Assembly: GCF_900105015.1 (NCBI RefSeq)
Contig: NZ_FNLK01000008.1
Span: 30,001 to 62,000, forward strand
Length of the DNA: 32,000 nucleotides
DNA from: Schaalia meyeri
Lineage (GTDB): Bacteria > Actinomycetota > Actinomycetes > Actinomycetales > Actinomycetaceae
Direction of reading: 5' to 3'
Positions within the stretch are counted from its first letter, which is position 1; each line of letters begins with the position of its first letter. Shown here piece after piece: positions 25,372-32,000 of the stretch. Both the position numbers and the translations under genes were made by a program. The notes beneath the pieces are model-generated. The model had not been told where the DNA came from. It saw nothing but the letters and a program-made list of their open reading frames with translations, and ran no database searches.

Positions 25372-27747
25372 TCATCCGAGCCACGCGCCCGAGGGACTGA
25401 AGTGGAACCAGGATCCGTTGATGCGGACCCATCCGGTGGCCATCTTGCCGGTCGCGGTGTCCAGGTAGTACCAGGTGTCGCCGTCCTTCAGCCAGCCGGT
25501 GGCCATCTTGCCAGAGCCGTCCAGGTAGTACCAGGAACCGTCCAGGTTGGTCCATCCGGTGGCCATCTTGCCGGAGGCATCCAAGTAGTACCAGGAGTCG
25601 CCGTCTTTCAGCCAGCCGGTGGCCATCTTGCTGGAGGCATCCATGTAGTACCAGGAGCCGCGGTCGTTGACCCAGCCGGTCGTGGCGCGGCCGGAGGCGT
25701 TCATCCAGTGCCACGCGCCGTCGTAGTAAGCCCAGCCGGTGACCATGATGCCGTCCTCGTCGAAGTAGTAGTCACCGTCGCCGATCCTCAGGTGCTCGCT
25801 CTTCGCGCAGGAGCCGTCGTCGTAGCAGTAGCTCCAACCGTTAGCGCCGTTGGACCAGGCCCCGCCCTCGCGCACGTATTTGTCGACGTGGAAGTGGGCG
25901 GGTTCCGTCACGTCATCGTCGGCACGAATATCCTTGTTCCGACCTTCGGCGGCGACGGTGGCGTGTGCGGAGGTGCCCACGAGGGGGGACAGGTCGATGG
26001 GGCCGGCGGTGACGGTGACCTCGTTGCCGGTGAAAGAGCCGTCACCGGCGCCTCGTGCGAAGGCGAGGCCCGCGACGTTGAGGGTCACGGCGGTGACCGG
26101 ACCGGAGGCGGTCACGCGCACGTGGATCGTGCCGGACACGCGCGCGCCGGCCAGCGGCTTCCAGTCGGTGAGGCCGTCTCGCGAGTACTCCACCACGCCG
26201 ATGGTCGGCTTGGGCTGATCTTCCAGGACGGCCGCCAGCGCGTTCGCCAGGCCCGCACCGCGATATTCCTTGCCGTCCTCGGGGGCGGCCAGTCGATTAT
26301 AGGTGTAGCCGGCCTGCTTCTTGAGCAAGTTGATCGTCTGATCGGCAGTGTAGTCCGGGTGGATCTCCTTGATCAGCGCGGCGACTCCAGCCACGTGCGG
26401 GGAGGCCATGGAGGTGCCGGACAGGTAGGCAAAGGGAGGGTTCTGCTTCCACGTGGGAACCGTCGACCAGATGCGGCTGCCCGGGGCTGCCACGTCAACG
26501 GAGTTCTTGCCGTAGTTCGAGAACTTCGAGCGATTGAGGGTGGCGGTCGCGGGATCGGCGCCACCGGGCAGGGCCAGAGCGGCCACGGACACGACCGAAT
26601 CGTTCAGCATGGAGGGAACGTCGATGCCGCCTCGAACGTCACGCTCGCGCGCGGCTCCCTCGACGTCATTCGGGGAGTCGCTGTCCTTCGTCGGATTGTC
26701 GTGGTCGTCGTTGCTGTTGCCCTCGGCGGCGATGTTCACCACGCCCTGGGCCTTCGAGTATCGGACCGCGCGGGACGCGGCCTCGAGACCCGCAGCCTGG
26801 GAGCTCTCGCCCGGCATCCAGAAGGCGTAGGGGTCCATGTAGTAGCTGGAGTTTGTCACGTCGATGCCGTGGTCGGCTGCCCAGTCAAAGGCGCAGGCCA
26901 CGTACTCGGGGTAAAAGGAACCGGCCAGGTTCGAGGTCTTGATGGCGACGAGCGTCGCATCGGGGGCCACGCCATCCACGCCGTAGGCGTTGTGTGCGGC
27001 GGCAATCGTGCCGGCGACGTGCGTGCCGTGGTAGTGGTCGTCCTTCCACGCTGAGGGATCCTGGTTCGGGATGCCATTCACCTGGCAACCGACGGACAGG
27101 GAGGTGTCGATCCTGTCCTTGAGGTCCTTGTGGTCGGGGTCGATGCCGGTGTCCATGACGGCGACGGTCACCTTTTCGCGGGGCACGTCAACCTTCTGGG
27201 CTTCGATCGATCCGATCGCGGTCAGACCCCACGCGTTGGCGTCTCCCACGTCGGGGGTGAAGTCGTTGAGCTGGGAGTCGGCGGACAGGCCGGTCACGTG
27301 GGTGCCGGCGGCCTCGGAGACGGCGGCCGCTTCAGCGGGGGTGGCCTGCGGCTGCTCGGTACGGACCTCTTCACCGGTGACGGTCTTGTAGCGGGTGGGG
27401 CCGATCGAGTGATAGGAGATTCCCGCGTCGACCAGGCTCTTGCCGAGCGCCGGAGCGAAGGACGCCTTCACCGACTGGACGAAGAAGGCGTTGAATTCGG
27501 GGTACTGGGCCAGGAGCACGCCGCTTTCCGAGGCCTTGGAGACGGCCGCGTTGAATTCGTAGCGCGAGGCGTCGGCAGGCAGGTTGACGGCGTAGTTCAT
27601 GACCTCGTCTTGGGCGCGCGCCTCGGAGGTGATCCCAGGGACACCGGCCGCGTGGGCGGGCGCACCGAATGCGGTGATCGTCAAGCCCGCAGCGAGGGCG
27701 GTTCCTCCCGCGATGAGGGTTTTCCATGAGCGTTGATGCATCATCAT
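25372..27747 (-). CDS. Secreted subtilisin-like (S8) serine protease with C-terminal cell-wall-binding repeats
   Basis: Signal peptide MMMHQRSWKTLIAGGTALAAGLTITAFGAPAHA. Catalytic triad motifs VAVMDTGID, HGTHVAGTIAA and SGTSMASPHVAGVAAL. The C-terminus carries about 6-7 repeats of GW-x5-G-x-WYY-x4-G-KMATGW. The start is one of three consecutive ATGs at 27747, 27744 and 27741. Confidence 0.9.
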   Translation of the reverse strand: MMMHQRSWKTLIAGGTALAAGLTITAFGAPAHAAGVPGITSEARAQDEVMNYAVNLPADASRYEFNAAVSKASESGVLLAQYPEFNAFFVQSVKASFAPALGKSLVDAGISYHSIGPTRYKTVTGEEVRTEQPQATPAEAAAVSEAAGTHVTGLSADSQLNDFTPDVGDANAWGLTAIGSIEAQKVDVPREKVTVAVMDTGIDPDHKDLKDRIDTSLSVGCQVNGIPNQDPSAWKDDHYHGTHVAGTIAAAHNAYGVDGVAPDATLVAIKTSNLAGSFYPEYVACAFDWAADHGIDVTNSSYYMDPYAFWMPGESSQAAGLEAASRAVRYSKAQGVVNIAAEGNSNDDHDNPTKDSDSPNDVEGAARERDVRGGIDVPSMLNDSVVSVAALALPGGADPATATLNRSKFSNYGKNSVDVAAPGSRIWSTVPTWKQNPPFAYLSGTSMASPHVAGVAALIKEIHPDYTADQTINLLKKQAGYTYNRLAAPEDGKEYRGAGLANALAAVLEDQPKPTIGVVEYSRDGLTDWKPLAGARVSGTIHVRVTASGPVTAVTLNVAGLAFARGAGDGSFTGNEVTVTAGPIDLSPLVGTSAHATVAAEGRNKDIRADDDVTEPAHFHVDKYVREGGAWSNGANGWSYCYDDGSCAKSEHLRIGDGDYYFDEDGIMVTGWAYYDGAWHWMNASGRATTGWVNDRGSWYYMDASSKMATGWLKDGDSWYYLDASGKMATGWTNLDGSWYYLDGSGKMATGWLKDGDTWYYLDTATGKMATGWVRINGSWFHFSPSGAWLG
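25375..25790 (-). repeat. 60-63 bp tandem coding repeats encoding the cell-wall-binding (CW_binding_1-like) modules
   Basis: The string CCGGTGGCCATCTTGC recurs at 25433, 25496, 25556 and 25616, with a diverged unit retaining only CCGGT at 25676. The period is 60-63 bp. Confidence 0.8.
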
Positions 27748-27816
27748 TCCTCGTTTCTGTATTGATGGGGACGCACCCTTCGGATCAATCCGCGGGGTAC
27801 GCCGTTTACACATCGT

Positions 27817-27870
27817 GTCAAGGTTTGTCACTAAATTGCCAGAGGGTTTCACATTTTAAGAAACCTTGAC
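27817..27870. promoter_or_regulatory. 10-bp perfect inverted repeat, with a nested 6-bp one, upstream of the S8 protease gene
   Basis: GTCAAGGTTT (27817-27826) pairs with AAACCTTGAC (27861-27870). Nested inside, GGTTTC (27845-27850) pairs with GAAACC (27860-27865). The element lies 70-125 bp upstream of the protease start. Confidence 0.35.
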
Positions 27871-28205
27871 CCTTGGGTAGAAAATACTTGACCGAGACAT
27901 CGGGACACTCAGCCCACGAGCCGAGGGGCTCGCCAGAGAGCCCCACACCCTCTGAGACGAGACGAGCGAGTTGCGAACGCAGGCAGCGCGAGCGCCCAAC
28001 CTCCCAAAAATAACCGACCAGTTCATTAGACACTAGTTCAAGTATAGAAATACTTGCCGGGTGCAAACCGAGCAAAACCGCAGAAACAGAACCCTTTCGC
28101 CCAAATATCAACCCAGCGCTCTGCTTGACAGTTTCACATGACTCTTCGGAGGATGTGTGCTACGGTCGATAGACGCTAATCACACGCGAGTGATGGGAGG
28201 CACCG

Positions 28206-28475
28206 ATGCCATCATCCATTTACGTGAGCTTCGACGCACCCGAAGGGGTTCCGGCAACGCCGCGTCGGCTGCACGCCGCCCTGTCGTCCGTGCTGGACCT
28301 GCCGCCGGGGGTGAGCCCTAAGCGCGCGGCCCGGTTCCCGACGCTGGCTCACCGCCCACCGCACGGGTCCGGCTCTGCGAAACCCTATTCGCTGGGTGAA
28401 GTGTGCCTGTCGGATTCGACGTTCGGCGTCGAGATGCGTTTCCTGTTCGCGCACGTGAACTCAGCCCGGCGGTGA
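28206..28475 (+). CDS. Short ORF (89 aa) with a good SD; possibly the 5' remnant of a Cas6-like (RAMP) gene
   Basis: GGGAGG (28195-28200) lies 5 nt before ATG 28206. The pattern LHAALSSVLD...H...KPYSLGEV resembles the N-terminal LH-x-h...H...(K/N)P(F/Y)S motif of Cas6 endoribonucleases, but the ORF is about one third of Cas6 length. This is a weak call from memory. Confidence 0.3.
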   Translation: MPSSIYVSFDAPEGVPATPRRLHAALSSVLDLPPGVSPKRAARFPTLAHRPPHGSGSAKPYSLGEVCLSDSTFGVEMRFLFAHVNSARR

Positions 28476-28493
28476 CACCGGCCGGGTCGCAGG

Positions 28494-28617
28494 GCACTCG
28501 TGGATAGGAAATGGCTTCGCGGATAGGTTATGCGTTCATGGATAGGTTATGCACTCGTGGATAGGAACCTAAGCTATCCAGATGGCCGTAACCTATCCAC
28601 GTAGCAACAACCTATCC
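28494..28617. repeat. Iteron-like array of seven GGATAGG/CCTATCC sites at an exact 19-bp period, four direct then three inverted, with dyad symmetry about position 28569
   Basis: GGATAGG occurs at 28502, 28521, 28540 and 28559. GCTATCC occurs at 28573, and CCTATCC at 28592 and 28611. The extended consensus is GGATAGGTTA. The 17-mer GCACTCGTGGATAGGAA is repeated at 28494 and 28551, which is 3 x 19 bp apart. Confidence 0.85.
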
Positions 28618-28733
28618 AGGAAGTGGCCTCGCGCAAACACGCACAATCCGCCAGGGGCCGCGCAACAAACCCACAAGTACGCGCACGACAAACCGACAAA
28701 TGCGCGCGGCACACCAGGCTCATGCCTGCGACT

Positions 28734-28781
28734 CCCCAAAACAAAGCGGGCCTCCTCGGGGAAAGCCCCGGGGAGACCCGC
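28734..28781 (-). terminator. Intrinsic terminator of the minus-strand membrane-protein gene
   Basis: A 16-bp stem (28746-28761 with 28766-28781; one mismatch, one G-U) closes a 4-nt loop. On the minus strand it is followed by TTTGTTTTGGGG (28745-34). It starts 6 nt after the stop codon. Confidence 0.7.
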
Positions 28782-28786
28782 CACCC

Positions 28787-30079
28787 TCACTCGCCGCCGC
28801 CCACCGGCACGCGCTTGGAGGGGTGGCGTCGGTCCTCGCCCCGCCACCACGGCATCCACGCGGCGTAACCATCCGCGGGGGGCGTCGGCGCATCCGGCTG
28901 GAAGCCGAGATCGGCCGGGGTCTCGGGGATACGGTCAACCAGGAAGTACTTGTCCCTGTCGTCGCAGTGTTCGCGCACAATCGTGCGGAACTCCTTCAGC
29001 TCACAGTACAGGACGCCGGTGATCGGGTTCCTCTTCCACGCAACGATCTTGTACACCCAATAGACGAAGAGGGCGACGTTGGCCGCGAGCGCGAGGACCG
29101 CGCACGCGATGTTCGCACGCGGATCCATCGTGGCAAAGTTGAAGATGTCCGAGGGCGGAACCAGCACCTCCGGCAGCAGGGTGTTCATCGAGATCCAAAA
29201 GACCAGCGTGAAACAGCGGAACCAGATCCACTGGCCCTTCGCCCACGTGAATGCCGGGATCGTGCAGGCCAGCAGCAGCGCCAGCGTGCAATACCAGGTG
29301 TAGTCGGCCAGCGAATTGTAGAGGAACGCGTGATTCCACAGGTCGTAGGCGATGACCCACGGCCACACCATGTCCACCCAGATCAGTCCGCGCACCTTCT
29401 GCTTGCCCGGTGAGGTCACGATGATTTTGCCGAGCCCCGTGATCGTGATGATGTTGAGCAGGCCAGCCGCCGCCGACAAGAGGTTCCAGACCCCGCCGAT
29501 CGTGCGGAACCCGGTCTCCGGGTCGATGCCGACGTGCCGGGCAGACAGGTTGGCGGCAACCTCCTGATACCACTGCTGCGAATGGAGCTCGGCAGTGACG
29601 CCCCGCGCCTCGGGCAACCCCGCGATCATGTCGATCGTGTGGGAGTCATTGACGGACTTCAGGCACTGCCAGTCGGCACCGCACGCATAATAGGAGTCGG
29701 CGTTGAAGTAGATCGTCAAGTCACGGATATTGGCTTCCATGATATTGACAGCCAATCCGATCCACAGGGCAACACCCAGCCAAATCGCGTACTTATGAGC
29801 CTTGACGGGATTGCGTTTGGCATAGAGCAGGACAGTTCCAGTCATGGTAGCCGTCAAAATCATGATCGCGTACTTGCCAAACGGAAACCAGCCCACCATG
29901 GGCGTCCCGTGGATCCACGCGTAGGGCATCAGCGCGATGCCGCCGACCGTCCAGACGGCAAAGATCGTCCAGTTCCACCGCCGGTTGATCTCGGCGACGA
30001 TGATCTGAGCGGCCAGGACAGCGAACCAGATGACATAGACCTTTGGGGTTCCAATCTCCCAGAGGAAGAGAGTCTCCAC
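28787..30079 (-). CDS. Polytopic membrane protein of unknown function (430 aa), paralog A
   Basis: About 9-10 hydrophobic helices. It shares the block VWPWVIAYDLWNHAFLYNSLADYTWYCTLALLLACTIPAF with the gene starting at 31292. It also has a Cys-containing loop insert of about 50 aa and a Trp/Pro-rich cytoplasmic tail. Confidence 0.8.
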   Translation of the reverse strand: METLFLWEIGTPKVYVIWFAVLAAQIIVAEINRRWNWTIFAVWTVGGIALMPYAWIHGTPMVGWFPFGKYAIMILTATMTGTVLLYAKRNPVKAHKYAIWLGVALWIGLAVNIMEANIRDLTIYFNADSYYACGADWQCLKSVNDSHTIDMIAGLPEARGVTAELHSQQWYQEVAANLSARHVGIDPETGFRTIGGVWNLLSAAAGLLNIITITGLGKIIVTSPGKQKVRGLIWVDMVWPWVIAYDLWNHAFLYNSLADYTWYCTLALLLACTIPAFTWAKGQWIWFRCFTLVFWISMNTLLPEVLVPPSDIFNFATMDPRANIACAVLALAANVALFVYWVYKIVAWKRNPITGVLYCELKEFRTIVREHCDDRDKYFLVDRIPETPADLGFQPDAPTPPADGYAAWMPWWRGEDRRHPSKRVPVGGGE

Positions 30080-30251
30080 AGCATTCTCCTTCGAAACTGC
30101 AACTGAGCTTATGGTTGTCGGCTATCATAGTGCCTTAATCAACCCAATGTACGAGGTCCGCCACGGAATCCGGGTCACGCCCGGGACGCTCTGCCCGACG
30201 ACCCACATCTGCATCAAGCAGGCCTCGCCTGATCCTCAAGGAGGAGGACTC

Positions 30252-31292
30252 ATGACACGACACTCACGCATGCGCTCGCTATGCCGCATCAGCCTGGCGG
30301 GAACGGCCGCACTCCTGGGTGGCATGTACGCGTTCAGCCAGCTCACCGGGAAAGCGACGCCGGAAGAACAGGCCTGGCGCTATCCGGGAGACGATCTCAT
30401 CGACGCCAACTATGACAACGGCTACTCCTCGACCTACGCCATCACCATTGACGCCCCCGCCTATGCGGTATGGAGGCTCTTTAAACAGATCGGAGCGGAA
30501 AAATCCGGGTCGTTCTCCTCGGAGTTCCTGGAAAGGACCTTCGCTCGTCTCCCCTTCTTCAACTCCTACGAGATACAGGAGGAGTTCCAGCAGCCTGATT
30601 CCATGAAGCCCGGCGACATTGCTGCTTTCGACTTCCACGGGATGTCCATGGAGTGGGCTGACATCGTGCCCGGCAAGTACCTGGTTCAGTGGGTCGACAC
30701 GAAGAACCCGCCGAAGGCTCCCGGGTCCTACGCTTTCCGTTTCCCGGGTATGCGGCATTTCGCGGCGGCCTGGTGCTTCTATATGGTGCCGCTGGCCGGA
30801 GGCCGCACTCGCCTCATCAACCACTGGCGTATCGGCTACGAGCCGCCCAGCGCGGCAATGACCGCGCTCAATTGGGTCAACATCGAGTTCATCGGCGGGT
30901 GTATGACGCACCTGCAGAATCTCTACGTGAAACGCGTCCTGGAGTTTAAGAAGAAGCAGCACCTGACAGGTCGCGTTATGCGCGGCATGCTCGGCGGGCG
31001 GTTCTTCGCCAGCCCCACCCCGGCCGGCCGACACGACGGCACGCCCCTTTTTGAGGACACCTTCACCCAGTGGTTCCGTTATGGGCGCTCAGCCCCGGCT
31101 GTCGCTGAAATACGCCCGCCCGTCACCGACGATCCATCGTGGCCGCCGACGGGTCCGGGCACCCCGTGGGAAAGCGAGGTTGATTCCTCCTACTTCGAGG
31201 GCTGGAGCGAACCGGCATTTTCTTGGGATGAGCAGATACGCCAAAAGATGGAGCGCACCTATCTGCCCGATTGGGGTAAGGAACAACGCTGA
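30252..31292 (+). CDS. Membrane-anchored SRPBCC (START/polyketide-cyclase-like) ligand-binding-fold protein with a Trp-rich acidic tail
   Basis: ATG 30252 follows AAGGAGGAGGA. N-terminal anchor LCRISLAGTAALLGGMYAF. SRPBCC-type opening strand and helix YAITIDAPAYAVWRLFKQIG. The C-terminal 90 aa are rich in W, P, D and E. The stop overlaps the next gene's ATG (TGATG at 31290-31294). Confidence 0.65.
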   Translation: MTRHSRMRSLCRISLAGTAALLGGMYAFSQLTGKATPEEQAWRYPGDDLIDANYDNGYSSTYAITIDAPAYAVWRLFKQIGAEKSGSFSSEFLERTFARLPFFNSYEIQEEFQQPDSMKPGDIAAFDFHGMSMEWADIVPGKYLVQWVDTKNPPKAPGSYAFRFPGMRHFAAAWCFYMVPLAGGRTRLINHWRIGYEPPSAAMTALNWVNIEFIGGCMTHLQNLYVKRVLEFKKKQHLTGRVMRGMLGGRFFASPTPAGRHDGTPLFEDTFTQWFRYGRSAPAVAEIRPPVTDDPSWPPTGPGTPWESEVDSSYFEGWSEPAFSWDEQIRQKMERTYLPDWGKEQR

Positions 31293-32000
31293 TGGGTGCG
31301 ATCACTCCCCCGGAGTATCCGACTCTCTTTTTCTTCGAGGTCGGCCAGTGGTGGGACTACGCGATGCTCGCCTTCGTTATCGCCGCCCTCGCGTTCACCG
31401 CCTGGCTGGCCCAACGCAACATGTGGGTCGTCCTGGGCGTATTCGTCCTGATTCCCGTCGCGCTCACCATCTTCTGGTGGCCGACGTCCACGCAGGGGAC
31501 GGCCTCGGCGGGCTGGTTTCCGATCGTCAAACAGTATTCGGCGCTGGCCGGATCCCTGTGCCTGGTCGCCCTGCAGGTGTTCCCCAGGCTGCGACACAAC
31601 CGCTGGTACCTGCTGATCCCACCGGTCATCCTGGCGGTGAATATCGCCGAGGCGGTGGTCCGGGATTTTCAGTGCTACGGGATTCACGGGGTTGATCCGT
31701 CCCAGGGGATGGTCACCTGGGGAGGACCGTGGAACATCATGAACGGTATTGCGGGTATCCTCAACCTCCTGGCGATCTCGGGATGGATCGGGATCTTCGT
31801 GTCGAAAGGGAAGGAACGGGCCCTCGTGTGGGGTGACCTGACCATCGGCTGGATCATCGCCTACGACCTGTGGAACTTCGCCTACGTGTACAACTGCCTG
31901 GCGGACCGCGCGTGGTACTCGGGCGTGGCCCTGCTGGCCTCGTGCACGATCCCGGCCCTATTGAAGTTCGGTCGGGGGGCGTGGATCCAATACCGGGCGT
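31292..32000 (+). CDS. Polytopic membrane protein of unknown function, paralog B (3' end lies outside the window)
   Basis: This gene is not in the ORF track because it has no stop within the window. I translated frame 2 from ATG 31292 and it is open to 32000: MGAITPPEYPTLFFFEVGQWWDY...LTIGWIIAYDLWNFAYVYNCLADRAWYSGVALLASCTIPAL... It is clearly homologous to paralog A. Confidence 0.8.
   Translation, partial: MGAITPPEYPTLFFFEVGQWWDYAMLAFVIAALAFTAWLAQRNMWVVLGVFVLIPVALTIFWWPTSTQGTASAGWFPIVKQYSALAGSLCLVALQVFPRLRHNRWYLLIPPVILAVNIAEAVVRDFQCYGIHGVDPSQGMVTWGGPWNIMNGIAGILNLLAISGWIGIFVSKGKERALVWGDLTIGWIIAYDLWNFAYVYNCLADRAWYSGVALLASCTIPALLKFGRGAWIQYRA

Noticed and set aside
27818-28111. The 97-aa minus-strand ORF between the protease and the Cas6-like ORF.
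   Set aside because: There is no SD and no family resemblance. It overlaps the protease upstream inverted repeat, and its composition is atypical for this genome's coding regions.
28494-28617. A CRISPR array next to the Cas6-like ORF.
   Set aside because: The units have a 19-bp period, and only 7-10 conserved nt alternate with 9-12 variable nt. Half the units are inverted. CRISPR repeats are 23-50 bp, all in one orientation, with spacers of about 30 bp or more.
28494-28617. The chromosomal replication origin (oriC), on the basis of DnaA-box-like CCTATCCAC units.
   Set aside because: There is no dnaA, dnaN, rpmH or parAB context in the window. The match to the DnaA box is partial (7 of 9 positions against the E. 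coli consensus). The strict 19-bp dyad layout is more typical of iterons, centromeres or operators. This reading is kept only as an alternative to test.

Overview
This is a high-GC actinobacterial chromosome segment: hand counts of single 60-nt lines give about 65-68% G+C. The gene content looks Actinomycetaceae-like, but that taxon is only a guess. No tRNA, rRNA, CRISPR array, transposase or integrase was recognised.

The housekeeping backbone is on the minus strand:
- phoH-ybeY-CBS/DUF21-era, followed by a tightly coupled UvrA paralog (14000-20605).
- recO-uppS (422-1983).
- Long-form leuA (3695-5407).

The plus strand carries a lactate module, with the permease lctP at 5637-7307 and lutABC at 10761-13840. 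Other genes:
- two tandem TetR regulators
- hrpB
- a solitary VapB/Phd-like antitoxin
- a class-I flavoprotein disulfide reductase
- a large secreted S8 protease with cell-wall-binding repeats

The most interesting region is a lower-GC insert of about 3.4 kb (7308-10760) wedged between lctP and lutABC. It encodes:
- a small helical protein
- a 341-aa protein with a WXG100/LXG-type head (W47-E48-G49), a hydrophobic segment and an unrecognisable C-terminal domain
- three tandem diverged lipoprotein paralogs, the third frameshifted at an A5 run

I read this as a type VII-secretion-style polymorphic toxin-immunity cassette with an uncharacterised, probably envelope-targeting, toxin domain.

Second-tier oddities:
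- A strictly 19-bp-periodic, dyad-symmetric array of seven GGATAGG sites (28502-28617), next to a truncated Cas6-like ORF.
- A cluster of two paralogous polytopic membrane proteins flanking a membrane-anchored SRPBCC protein (28787-32000).
- A perfect 17-bp palindrome in the phoH/hrpB divergent promoter region.

All family calls come from motif recognition by eye. No HMM, BLAST or structure search was run.
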